Below are positions 26,541 to 44,190 of a DNA stretch of 64,000 nucleotides, piece by piece; the first letter of the stretch is position 1; each line of letters starts with the position of its first letter. The notes beneath the pieces are model-generated. The model worked only from the letters and a program-made list of their open reading frames with translations. It did no database searches and was not told where the DNA came from. Source of the stretch: the human T2T-CHM13v2.0 reference genome, Homo sapiens. The stretch lies in NCBI RefSeq assembly GCF_009914755.1, contig NC_060926.1; one strand, written 5' to 3'. A program made the position numbers and the translations under genes.

Positions 26541-26972
26541 GTCAAAATATTTTAAATCAAGACTGGCAAAACAGATCAGAAAATATGTGTAAACACGGGA
26601 AGTAGGGCTAGAATTGGGTCCTAGAAAATTCCTCAAGGGATTTATAACCTAATACAGATGAAGCCATCAGTGCAGGGAGGCATCTTGTAGCCTTAAATTT
26701 GGTTAGAACTTGAGATTTTTGTGGTTTGCTGTGCCAACCCACACTTTTTCCTTAGGCAAGTACTGGGTTTTTGCTCAAAGTCCAAAAGCAAAGGAAGAGA
26801 AAAAGGCAGATGGTGGGTAGTTGCAAAACTATAAACATGTTTTACTCCTGGAAATCTTACGGACAGGAGTAATTCTGGGAGTATGAAAGTAGCTTAGAAA
26901 GATTTTTGCTTCCTCTCACCCTCCAACCTAATTATGTGCTGCAAAGTATTCCTATAATACTTGGCAATATAA

Positions 26973-27283
26973 GGCTGGGCATAGTGCCTCACACTTGTAA
27001 TCCCAGCACTTTGGAAGGCTGGGCAGGTGGATCACTTGAGGTCAGGAGTTCTAGACCATGGCCAACATGGTGAAACCCCATCTCTACTAAAATACAAAAA
27101 TTAGCCAGGCGTGGTGGTACACACCTGTAGTCCCGCTACTCAGGAGGTTGAGGCAGGAGAATCACTTGAAACCGGAGGCAAAGGTTACAGTGAGCTGAGA
27201 TTGTGCCACTGCACTCCAGCCTGGGCGACAGAGCGAGACTCTGTCTCAAAAACAAAACAACAACAACAACCACCACAACAACA
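26973..27283 (+). mobile_element. AluS with (CAA)n tail, inserted in old L1ME (to ~27580)
   Basis: TSD acttggcaatat; L1ME-like 'ttggcaatatgtatcaagagtcttaaaaatggtcatatcttttgatcca' follows. Confidence 0.93.
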
Positions 27284-28019
27284 ACTTGGCAATATGTATC
27301 AAGAGTCTTAAAAATGGTCATATCTTTTGATCCAATACTTTTCCTTCTAAGAAAATATGTTACGGAAATAACCAGAAATGTGAACAGAGGATTTTTAGAA
27401 CAAAGGGGAAAAAAACCTTTGTACTCAATATGAAAAGTTGTTTTCTAAAAATTTTACTTAAGTAATTTTGCTCTAGATATAAGACAATTCTTATGTAATA
27501 TTTAAAAATATGGCACAAAATTGTGTATATATAGATTACTCCTGAATAGAAGGATTACAGGTTGTTTTGATTTTACTCTATTGTAAGTAAAAATGTTAAA
27601 GCCTTTGAAATGTAGTGGGTATCCTAATTAGTGCATCCATTCATTTCTACTTTCATTGTCTTTGACTAGTCTTTGATTAGACTATTTATAACTCTGTAGA
27701 GAAAGAGGTGAAGATGTAGAAAATTGACATTAATGCAAATGTTTCCTGTTATAACTGGAAATGATCCCTGTTCATGTCAATGCAAATAAATTTTGTCTGG
27801 CAGGTAATATAGATCTCTGTAAATCAAATCCATTTGAACCAGCTATAACACCTTACTGGTTTTCTCATTAATTAATGAGTTAAATAAAATCTTTGATGTG
27901 CTCATTTTATATTTATATATGACAGTCATAATGTTTCCTTATTTTGAAAACTGTTTTTTAACACTATATAGTTTCTATTTTCTAGATTTCCTATCATAAG
28001 GATGTACAGGTAATTTAGT

Positions 28020-28400
28020 AAACTTTTTAAGGATAACATGCATGCAGAAAAGTAGGTAAGTTTACAGTTCAATGAATTTTCACAAAATCAACACCTATGT
28101 AACCTATGTGAGTATGATCAAGGAAAAGAACAATATTACCACCCAAAAGTAGCTCTTGTGCCTTCCTCTTGGTCACTACTATCTCCACCATCCCAACAGG
28201 TAAACACCATCCTGACTTCCAACATCACTGATTTATTTTGTCTGATTTTCAATTTTATATAAATGGAATCATATAATGTGTTCTCATTTGTGCCTGGCTT
28301 ACTTTGCTCACCATTATGTTTGTGAGATTCATACATGTGATTGCACAAAGTTTTAGTTCCTTCATTCTCCTTGTTATGTAGTGTCCGTTATATGAATAGG
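28020..28400 (-). mobile_element. L1ME/L1MC 3' end
   Basis: 'caccatcctgacttccaacatcactgatttattttgtctgattttcaattttatataaatggaatcata'. Confidence 0.85.
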
Positions 28401-28474
28401 TCACAGGTGATCCACTCGCCTCAGCCTCCTAAGGTACTAGGATTACAGGCATGAGCTACCATGCCTGGCCTGAT

Positions 28475-30016
<1,542 letters not shown>

Positions 30017-30153
30017 GTTTTTTATTTTTATTTTTGTAGAGACAGTGTCTCACTATGTTGCCTAGTCTGGTCTTGAACTCCTGAACTCAAGCAATCCTTC
30101 TGCCTGGCCTTCCAAAATGCTGGGATTACAGGTGTGAGCCATGGTTCCCAGCC
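30017..30153 (-). mobile_element. FLAM/Alu left monomer
   Basis: Single antisense Alu arm. Confidence 0.85.
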
Positions 30154-31433
30154 AGAGTTTAAAATTGGATATGACAGTTGGACTGGTGGGTTAGAATTCC
30201 AGTTTCTCCCCACTGAGGCCAGGGTCCATAATCTGAGCATATCTAGTTCATCTTCTCCAGATCAGTTTGGTGACTCCCTACTCAGTCTCCATCTCAGAAG
30301 TAGGGACAGAAGGAAGAATCTGAAAGCAGGAGGACCAGAAAATATGCTTTCAATACCTCTTTTACTATCAAATATCATAGAGTCTAAGGGACACATTAAA
30401 GGGCTATCATGAGTGATTAAAGGCCAAAAAGAGTGGAAATGACCAGCAGGGTTTACACTTGACTTTCTGCAAGTGAGCAGTGATCCAACAAAGATGGTGA
30501 GGTAGGGTGGAGTGGGTGAGGGTGGTGCGGAGATTCAGTACAGGCCCAGCCCAGCAGGTTTAGTGGGGGTGAGGCATGGGAATAGTGGTGAAGATAGTAT
30601 TGGAGTTACTGTGCACAATCCAAGCTGGAACAAAACTTTAGTACACCTAAGAATTTGGGGTAAAATGGTGCAATGGACAGAATATCCTAGAGAAGTTGTG
30701 TTGAGTTTGGGGGTATAAGTGGGACATCAGGTAAGGAGGCTGCTGCAGTGGCTTAGCAGCCAGCCTGAGATCTTGGAGATAATGAACAAAGAGACCAAGT
30801 TGGCATGTCATCAGGGAGCTTGGTGGATCTGGGGAGAGAGATTTTCATCTCAAGAAGGATTTTCAGAATTTATATCTGGACTTGTGCTATTTGAGATCTC
30901 GAGTTTGGTTCAGCAGAGCTTTCTGTAAAGCATCCTTAGGAGCCCTGACATCAGGTGACAGGGGAGGTGGCTGTGATCTTTGGATAGCCAGGCAGAGTGG
31001 AATTCCTGTGAGAACCCCTGACAAGTACTCTTCTAAGTCCTTTGCTTCAGTGCCCTGAGGAAGGATTAAAGCTGATCCATGCCAACTCTGTCAATGGGCT
31101 CACCCTGGCTTGTTGGCATATTGTTGTTGACAGCTTCCAGGTGTATGTTTTCTTAGAGATGGATTCCATGCAAGAAAAATGCTATTCTTGTTGCCTAGGC
31201 ATTAGTTTAATAAGTAAACAAGTTACAAAATACTAAAGGAGAACACGAAGGTCTTTCCAGGCTTCCCACTGGGCTCCTCAGGAACTGCTTATCTACCACT
31301 TTTCACACTAAAAAAGACCCAACAACTGTACTATAGACAGGATGTATTTTATCCTTTTTATCTTAATAAATGTTTTAAAGGTTGTTCTTATCCATTAGGA
31401 CCTCAGCACTGTATACCTATAGGGAGCCTCTCA

Positions 31434-31759
<326 letters not shown>

Positions 31760-32547
31760 CTATCCAAGTGTCTATCTTCCACAGAGAACACACAGTCTTG
31801 GAGTCTCACTTTCTACTGATCAGGACCATTAACCCCGCAACCTAGTTAGGCTACCAGGTTGGGCAGATTTCTATAGGACCTGGTCCCCTAAAGAGTAAAA
31901 ATCCCTCAACTGCTCCTTACTCCCTAACTTCAAAAGGATCCAAAGGATTTGGTTACCCGACAGGCCTGAGATAAAGGCTTGATTGTCTTTCCAGGATTTC
32001 AAACCTGTTCTTTGGGGATGGCCCAACCCCACTTGTTCAGTTTTGCAGCCAGAAGCATGGATTCATCATCAGTATGTGAGTTCTTCATCTACACTATCTG
32101 AAGTTTCTCGGCTGACTTTTAATTTATATCATAAAATAGTAGTCTATTTAACATTTTTGCTACAAACAACACTTTTCTATGTATATTTCAAATTCTGAAG
32201 AAAAAGTCTTACTGATTAATATAAATTTGAGTTTCTTATAATTTCAGGAAGCACTTTACACAAGGAAAAAGAGAAAATCATTTGAGGGGCTGGTTATAAA
32301 TACTATTTGACACAGATTGGGACTGAGTGGGTTTTCTAACTGGATGGATAGCAGGTGCAAAATTGTGATGCTATGATTTCTTATCACTGAAAAGTGCTCC
32401 ACTTGTGGTAGAAGAAGGAAATGAGATGCCTACGAAAATAGAGTTGAGTCATGAAAAGAGAGTCCCTGGATGCTCATCATCCAGGTGAAGTTGCAATAAG
32501 AACTATAGCTATCATTTCAAAAAGTTTTTAAAAATACATAGTTTTCT

Positions 32548-33175
<628 letters not shown>

Positions 33176-33634
33176 TAGTTTTCTTACTACAAAAGGAATA
33201 CTTATTATCCAAATTGAAAACAGAACTAAAGAGAGAGAGGAAGAATATTAAAAACACCTGAATTCCACCACTGATTACTAATTTCTGCACTGGCTTTCCA
33301 TGTTACTGAGAGTTAACCACTAAATTAAGAGGGGAATGGGATTACCCCTGAAAATACCTTAAATCATTAAGTTTGGAATAGCACCTTGGAGCATGTAGAA
33401 AACCCAACACATGTGCATGATATAAGCTTTGTTAGTTGAGCAACTAATGAAGTAGTTGTATTTATAAGCCATGCTACTTAAATGTATATAAACAAATAAA
33501 AATAAAAGGACCTGTTAACAATAGAATCACACTTAGCATGACAAGATACTCAACGTATGAAGAGCACACAGGACCAGAAATAGATCAAATTCACATCAGC
33601 TCTTTCAGAGTTATTTTGGGTTAGATCCAAGCTA

Positions 33635-33925
<291 letters not shown>

Positions 33926-34109
33926 GAAGAAAGGTCAGGCAGAAATCACAACACCATTTAAAATGTTCTCTCTTGCACTCCCTTTCTTCCTCTTTCTCTC
34001 CCTTTTCTCTTTCCTTTATTCTTTCTCGTTTGCCCTCCACCCTTCCCAAATTTAGGTGAAAGCTAGTTAAGCTAAATGCAAAATGCTGTGATGCTACTGT
34101 ATTACCACT

Positions 34110-34830
34110 TTTAAATTTAGCCTTCAATAACTTTAAAAGTTACAAAAATACACAGTACTAATGAAAGCATCAAACAGTACAGAAAGTATTAAAAAAAAAG
34201 TCAAAATCTCCTTTTCCCATTCTTTTGTCTTACTCCTCAGCATTCTTCCCATTTCTAGAGATGGAGGCAAGACCTAGAATTTGGATGGGGGGTAAAGTCG
34301 GGGGAATTTCTTTTCATACTTTTATACAAACTGTGTTCTTTGTGACTGTATGTGTGTGTATTTTTATATCATGTTAGTGAGATTTAGAGAGCAAGGGGAA
34401 GTTAAATGCATGTAGTCAATCCACCACCTTGAACCAGAAACCCTTTAAGAGCTTTTAAAACCATATGCATATACTCACACATGTATTTATTTTACTGAAA
34501 TGGAATCATCAAGTACATATTGGTTGGTCACCTGTGTTTGTCCTTAATATATTTTAGACACCTTACCACATTAATAAATATGTATCTATAACATTATTTT
34601 AAATATGAAAAATATAACATTATATGGATGTATTTAATTAAACTCGTATTGTTGGACACTTAGGTTGGTTTTCTATTTTTTTATGATAAACACAGTTTAG
34701 ATGATCTGCCTAGTAGTTTAATCTTTGCACACATGCTTAATAACTTCCTAAAGATAGAGTTATAAATTTGACATTGGTCAGCGAACAAAATGTGCACTTT
34801 TAAGGCTTTTGAATATACTGGACACTTCTG
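34110..34830 (-). mobile_element. Old L1M remnants
   Basis: 'attatatggatgtatttaattaaactcgtattgttggacacttaggttggttttc'. Confidence 0.55.
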
Positions 34831-35692
34831 TTTCTTACATTTTAGCTGTGCAGTCTCAAATCTAACGATGAATGTAACTTCTTTTCTAGGGTGGGACGCT
34901 ACTTCAGACTGCTTTCATGTCAAGATCTGCCTCATCTTCCAAAGTGGGAGTTCCCAGCATTAGGCTTGTGGGGGTGGAAGCTTAATCCGCCTCCTTCCAA
35001 AAACTGAAGTGAGTCACTACCAACCTTGTCTCTCCACCCTTTACTGGGTCCATACACAGCCCTGCCTTTTTTTAAGGAGGTGGAACCCAGCCTAAGGTCT
35101 CCATTAATGTGGAATTGAGAAAGGGCATCTGTTCTGGGTCATTCTGACTTCCAGACTAGAATTTATCTCAGCTCTTAAGACAGAGCTATCTTAAGATAAG
35201 TTCTTAAGAGCTAACTTAAGAAATCTTAAACAGTTTTACAGAAGTGGGTAAAATCTCTGCAAGTCTTTGAAGAATATTAGCAATGAAAATGGTTGTTATT
35301 TTTTCAAAAAATAATAACATGAACTTGGAATGGATAGTTATTTTGGCCAGAAGATTAACATAAATTCTCTGACACCTGGGCAGATTCCCCATCTGATCTG
35401 TGCTCCTTCCCATTTGAACATTGGATACCTTTGAGAAACCTTCTTGGAGCATGTAGAAAAGCCAGTACATAGGCATGGACATACACATACCCCACCCTTA
35501 CATTCTTCTTTTTGTTTCTCTTGCTATTGCTACTATCATACCACCACCACTGAAATCTAGCAATGGTTTTAAGATGTGTAATGTGGTTGTTTTTGCTGGT
35601 CAGAGTACTTTCTAGGCTAAAAAGCAAAGGAAATATAAAGACAAAATTTCAACAACCTGCAGTGTTATATGCTGCTTTAGTTTATAAAGCAA

Positions 35693-35959
35693 GGCCGGGC
35701 ACTGTGGCTCATGCCTGTAATCCCAGCACTTTGGGAAGCTGAGGTGGGTAGATCACTTGAGCTCAGGAGTTTGAGACCAGCATGGACAACATGGCAAAAC
35801 CCTGTCTCTACAAAGAATACAAAAATTAGCCAGGTGTGGTGGTGCCAGCTGTTCAGGAGGCTGAGGTGAGAGTATTGCTTAAGCCCAGGAGGTCGAGGCT
35901 GCAGTGAACTGTGTTCACTGCAAAGCAAGACCCTGTCTCAAAAACAAACAAACAAAAAA
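35693..35959 (+). mobile_element. AluJ with internal deletions
   Basis: TSD tttataaagca. Confidence 0.93.
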
Positions 35960-37299
35960 TTTATAAAGCACCTTCACATATCCTGCAGGTGCTGTGTCCA
36001 GGGAACTCATTCTACTAAAATTGCTCTTAGTCTAAAGGGGAAGCAATGAGATGAGCTGATTACGCTCTGGGGTTAGGGATTCTATGTTTCTTGTTATGAA
36101 GTCCTGATATTCTGCTATCAGAATGATGGACTGTTTGACTAGACCTACCTGACAGAGTAGAGGAAATAGTTCTGATTTTCTCCTCTCTAGGAAGTGAGAA
36201 TGACATAGAACAGATATCCTTCTCCAGGGGAGAAGGAGACACTCATGGTCACAAAAATCTAGGACAAAATATTTCAGTAAAACTAGCCCCACAGTAAGTT
36301 TTCTTACATTCAGCCACTTAGGGATTAATTTTCAAAAGATTCCAGATAAGCAAGGGTAATTTGAACTTTGTAAAACATTGTTATAAACTCTTCAATGGTC
36401 CCTTCCAGAGAGCTCTGTCTGCCCTTGAGTAGCTAGAAGCACAGTTTTGCTCAAGTCAAGAGCTGGTATCAGGACAGAAATATCTACTGTCTTCTAGAAG
36501 AGTAAAAAGTAGAGAAAATACTAGAAGTTCACTGTAAAGTGGTCAAGTTTTTAATGATTAAGGTACCAATAAATATAAGGAATATAACATGGTTCTTAAT
36601 TGAGGAATATAACCATACTGGGTTTTAAATTGTTTTTTTAGGGACATGGACATAGATTCCTTTAAAAGCCTTATATTTAGTGGTTAGGTACCAGGTTCAT
36701 CCCTAAAACCTACTAAAACTATATTGACTCTGAAATGGCACTTTCAATTTCCTTAAGATTCCATCCTCATCCTACTCCCAATGGAAGCCTTCAATTTATT
36801 AGATAATTGGAAAATTGAGACTTGAGGCCTACTGAACCATGGGGGAGTGAGGGGTGGGTGAATGTGGGCCCTTCTGGGTTTAGTAGCACTCAAATTAGCA
36901 TAAGAATATGCTATTTCTGGGAGATGACCCAGAAAATATGGCCATCAAGAACAACAATGTTCATATGTCTGAGTCCCAAGTATTAAATCTATGGGTTAGT
37001 GACTGAAGGACTTAGGTTTCTTTCTAATTTAGTTAAATTCCATTAGATAAAATTGATAACTTGGACAAAATTTGCTTTTAAGATTTCGACGAAAGGGACT
37101 CTTGTGCTACTGTAGCTCCTTAGCCCATTCTGTCATCAGAACTTGTGCTGGGCATATAGCCAGTCTCTAGAAATATTTGCTTCATGAACTGAATATGAAG
37201 ATTAACTAAGATGACTGGCATGCCTTGGTGTAATGGGTCTTTGCAAAGATGAATTCTTCAAGGTGATGACAAGAGGTTTGTCTAAGATTTGAGAAGCAC

Positions 37300-37540
37300 A
37301 GTGAGTGTGCCAATGGATTATTAATGAGCACTCACACTTTTAAGAGTAGAGAGTCAATCCACAGCAAAAACTTCAGCACTACTGAGATATAAGGGCTTCG
37401 GGCATATTACCTAACCTCAATGTCCTCATTTATAAAATGTAAATAATAATAGCAACACTGTCATATAGGGTTATTATGAGGATTAAATGAGACAATGCAC
37501 ATGGAGTAATTAGAAGAGTGCCTGGCAAGTAGGAATTAGG
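37300..37540 (+). mobile_element. MIR SINE
   Basis: 'cctcatttataaaatgtaaataataatagc...ggttattatgaggattaaatgagacaatgcac...agagtgcctggca'. Confidence 0.8.
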
Positions 37541-38071
37541 GGAATGACTATGCAGATGCATTTATGCAGATGAACATAACTCAGAAACAATAGGGTAACT
37601 CAGAAATAATAGAAGGTCCTAGACATAAAGGGGCCATGGGACCCCTACAATGTATATGAATCTTGGCTGAATCATTGTGAACTAGTTAAGGACCAGCTAA
37701 GATACCTGCCCCATTCCAGAAGCCTTGGCACTGTGTAAGATCCTGCTACTATGTGGTATGAGTTGAAAATATATCGTAAAATGATTTTTCCTAACAGCCC
37801 AGAGATATGTGGCCATGGAACAGAAATTGGGTTGAATAATAAAAAAGTCATATTTCACAACCCACTTCAGCTATTATTATTAGGGAACCAAATGATATAT
37901 CCAAATATCAAAGGAGAGAGCGGGGATAAGGCACAAAAGGGTTGAGAAGAATCTTGCTCTAGATATATTTTACTGTTCCAGTAGCCATGCCATAATTTCT
38001 AGAGGAGCCTATGGGGAAAAATCTGATTCTGAGGAAGGTAGGGAACTCGCTTGAAACCTCTTTTGTATAAC

Positions 38072-38366
38072 TTTTTTTTTTTTTTTTTTTTTGAGATGGA
38101 GTCTTGCTTTGTCACCCAGACTGGAGTGCAGTGGTGCGATCTCGGCTCACTGCAACCTCTACTTCCCAGGTTCAGCTTCCTGAGTAGCTGGGATCACAGG
38201 TGTTTTCCACCATGCCCAGCTAATTTTTTTTTTTTTTTTGTATTTTAGTAGAGATGGGGCTTCACCATGTTGGCCAGGCTGATCTCAAACTCCTGACCTC
38301 AGGTGATCTGCCCACCTCAGCCTCCCAAAGTGCTGGGATTAAGGGCATGAGCCACTACACCCGGCC
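38072..38366 (-). mobile_element. AluS
   Basis: Antisense Alu; TSD ttgtataac. Confidence 0.95.
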
Positions 38367-38648
38367 TTGTATAACATCTTATATAAGATTGAGAAAACAT
38401 CAGTTGCTCCACATGAAAAAAACACAGGAAGTGGTTGTGCCTGCAAGTGAGGAGAGGTAGGGTTATGAGCTTGTTTAACCTCTTAGGAGAAACAACTTTT
38501 CCTCAAGCCTTTTAGAACAATGCCTTGTACTTAATCACACGACCTTAGATTATGTGGTAAAACTATATTTCTTTAAAAGAATTCTAATATTCACATTTTC
38601 CCACCAGTTCTAACCCTGGTCTTCTTTTCATTTATTTGAAAGCAGATC

Positions 38649-39124
<476 letters not shown>

Positions 39125-39166
39125 TCAAAGGAGTTAAGAAAAACTCACAATTTAGAGCTACCTGTT

Positions 39167-39917
<751 letters not shown>

Positions 39918-39999
39918 TCACTACCTTCTCTATATACTCCATTTTTACTCTACAGAATTATAGAAACTGGAAGGCTCAAAACTATATTTCCCACTTTTC

Positions 40000-41385
<1,386 letters not shown>

Positions 41386-41548
41386 TAGATTTATACTGAG
41401 TTAGGAACAAAGCTCAATAACTATAATTCTAGGCTGAGCTGCTAATAGGATTTGTTAAACAATTTAAACTGTGCCAGTCAGATATAATGATGCGAAATTA
41501 GAAAGGTAAAAGGAAGAGAGAGGCTATTTCCCCTGCCTATTAGTTTTC

Positions 41549-41730
41549 CTTCCTTCCTTCCTTCCTCCCTTTTCTTTCTCTTCTTTCTCCTTCCTTCTTT
41601 CTCTTTCTCCTTCCTTCCTTCCTTCCTTTTCTTTCTCTTCTCCTTCCTTCCTTCCTTCCTCTTCTTTCCCTTCCTTCCTTTCTCTCTCTCTCTTTTTACC
41701 TTCCTCCTTCCCTCCCTCCTTCTCTCTCTC
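41549..41730. repeat. Pure polypyrimidine (TTCC/CT)n tract, ~180 bp
   Basis: Directly visible; forms the expanded tail of the adjacent Alu monomer. Confidence 0.9.
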
Positions 41731-41889
41731 TATTTATTTATTTTTTGAGAAAGATTCTTGTTCTGTCCAGGCTGGAGTACAGTGGCACAATCACAACTCA
41801 CTGCAGCCTAGACCTCCTGGGCTCAAGGATCCTCCCACCTCAGTGTCCCAAATGTTTGGGACTTCAGGCATGCACCAACATGCCTGGCT
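41730..41889 (-). mobile_element. FRAM/AluJ right monomer
   Basis: TSD tgcctattagttttc flanks the monomer together with the CT tract. Confidence 0.88.
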
Positions 41890-42091
41890 GCCTATTAGTT
41901 TTCACTGGTAGTTGTTGATGTACGTGCAACATTAAATGTGGTTTTTAATGACCAGACTTTCTGTGCCTCTGCATTGCCACTAACTTCATCTGTGAGAAAT
42001 GACTGTGATGCCAGCAGTGGACTCTATAGCTTCCTGACCTCTAGATTGTAGCTGTGTGGACTGAACTGCGAGCCCAACAGCATCCCTCTTA

Positions 42092-42167
42092 ATGCTCCTA
42101 CCATTAGAAGGGCTGGAAGAAGGCATCTCCCTCAGCCTTCTTCCAGCTCTTCTAATGGTAAGAGCAT
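42092..42167 (-). ncRNA. MIR6512: microRNA precursor hairpin, mir-6512
   Basis: 33-bp arms (31/33 Watson-Crick), 10-nt loop. Minus-strand 42139-42160 = UACCAUUAGAAGAGCUGGAAGA and 42097-42118 = UUCCAGCCCUUCUAAUGGUAGG, matching miR-6512-5p and -3p as I recall them. Confidence 0.85.
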
Positions 42168-42658
42168 ATAATTTTTAAGCATATAATTCTTAGCATTCAG
42201 TACCTAGAGAAGTGTCTGCACTGAACCCCAACTGATATATCAGTTAATAACACAACTGATAGGTTATCTAGTAGGTTTATGGTTGGTTGTAAGAATCTTT
42301 GGGAAAGAAAATTACCATTGGCAATCCTACCACCTAGGATCATCATTATCATGGGAAAGTTCTGCTTTAGAGGCAACCTAAATCTATTTTGAGGTCCTGA
42401 AAATGCATTTACTTCACAGGATATGCTGGTTTCTGCTGCCATTCAAAAATTATTCTTAAGGCATTCTTTGTTCTCTTTTCACTAGCTAAATAATGCCGTG
42501 CTTTTAACTTTTCTTTATGTGTTCAGCAGCTTTTCCCAGTTGTGGATATTTGAAAAAAGTATTCATATAAATACTGCCTGTTCTGGTAGGATTAGCTGTC
42601 CCTTTCTTTTGGTTATATTCCCAAGTTCATTCTTGCTTATCTAACCAAAGCCCTACAT

Positions 42659-42669
42659 TGCTGACTCAA
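42659..42669 (-). promoter_or_regulatory. ARE/MARE-like motif with embedded AP-1 site
   Basis: Minus strand TTGAGTCAGCA fits TGA(C/G)nnnGC. Confidence 0.35.
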
Positions 42670-42932
42670 GTTTAGTTTATGGTCCAAGCCCAGTATCATG
42701 TTACTATTAGCCAAGATTTCCCATGGGTTGAGGCAGACTTGTAGAAGATTGAAAAATAAAACTTACTGGCCATAAGTAAGACTTTTTATCTGGCCTTCCA
42801 GTACAGAACATTCTCTAATATAGCAGCTTATAAACAATGAGAATCAGAAGCCTAAAAAAATTAGTTAATAGCCAAACAGTGACTGAATCATGGAATTGTA
42901 CAGTTAGAATGGACCTTAGAAGCAGTCTATAT

Positions 42933-43055
42933 AAGCCAGGTATAGTGGCTCATGCCTGTAATCTCAGCACTTTGGGAGGCCAAGGCAGGAGGATCTCTTG
43001 AGCCCTGGAGTTTGAGACCAGCCTGGCCAAAATGGTGAGACCCCATCTCTACTAA
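42933..43055 (+). mobile_element. FLAM/Alu left monomer
   Basis: TSD agtctatata. Confidence 0.88.
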
Positions 43056-43154
43056 TTTTTTTAAAAAGTCTATATACATACCAGAACACAGAGCTCAGAT
43101 ATGTATGCAGGATTCCAGTCCGTGCTGAATACTCTTCCAGTATGAGTACTCTTC

Positions 43155-43310
43155 CTACTCCTCAAGGTGTGTGGCCCTCAAAGCAGCAGCATCAGCACTT
43201 ACCTGGGAGCTTGTTAGAAAGCCAGAATCTCAGGCTCCAACACCCACTGAAGCAGAATTTGCATGTAACACCCCCACCCCTTCTTGATTTGTATGCATGT
43301 TGAAATTTGT
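43155..43310. mobile_element. MER5A
   Basis: 'gcagcagcatcagcacttacctgggagcttgttagaaagccagaatctcaggctcc'. Confidence 0.8.
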
Positions 43311-44039
43311 GGAGTTAGAGACAAAAGCACCACAGGTGCATGTCTTACTATTTAAAGTCTTGCCTAATTATATAACATAGAAACCTGATCCCTTCTGGAC
43401 AAGGCCTGTATTATTACAGGTCCTGGTCTAATAGAGTATTTGAATAGCTGGGTTAAAGAAAAAGAAAACTCTCTTTAATAATCTTTGGAAAAAGAGGACA
43501 TTTATTTGAGCTATGCTAGTTTTTAATGTACCTATTCAGATTTTAATCCATTAGAAAAATTAATAGCCTATTTGGTAGTAGCATGTCCTGAAAAAATAAG
43601 CTGAATAAATTGAAAGTATTTAAATGGATATTTAAACTCTGCAGCCATCGGTGATTTAGTTTTCAATTACATAAAGGTAATTACACTAGAATCCACCTCA
43701 TTCACCCTGCCGTGAGAAAATGCTGGAGTGTTGTAATAAGCCAGTGCTTTCAGGCAGTGACTGGTCTCCACTCCTTTTTGGCTGGGACCTGAATTCATTT
43801 GCTTTAAGCAGTTTAGGGTGTATGCTAGGAATATAAATTATAGAAACACCCTTTGTGACCCTTTTTACAAATGAAGTTGCATCACTATGAAGGGTGTATG
43901 TGAGGCTATAGGCCCAGCCTCTCAGATTGGGAATAGCTGACACTGCATGCAGATTTGGCCTGCTAGGTAAAGGCGGGACGGTGGTTTAGGACAGTGCCCC
44001 AGCTGGGCTCTTCCTAGACCAGTGGTTCTTAAAGTGTGC

Positions 44040-44190
44040 CTGCAGAGGAGGCTTCGGGGGTGCTGGTAATGTTCTGTTTCTTGATCTGGGTGCTGGTTAC
44101 ATGGGTGTGTTCAGTTTAGGAAAAGCCACTGAGCTGTTCACTTACAATAAATACACCTTTCTATATGTATATTTCAATAAAAAGTGAAAA
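44040..44190 (+). mobile_element. L1ME 3'-end fragment within a MER5-like element (~44020-44281)
   Basis: 'gggtgctggtaatgttctgtttcttgatctgggtgctggttacatgggtgtgttcagttt...ttcaataaaaag'. Confidence 0.8.

Noticed and set aside
36841-36868. Four-G-tract G-quadruplex motif
   Set aside because: Isolated, with long loops and no promoter context; such motifs are common.
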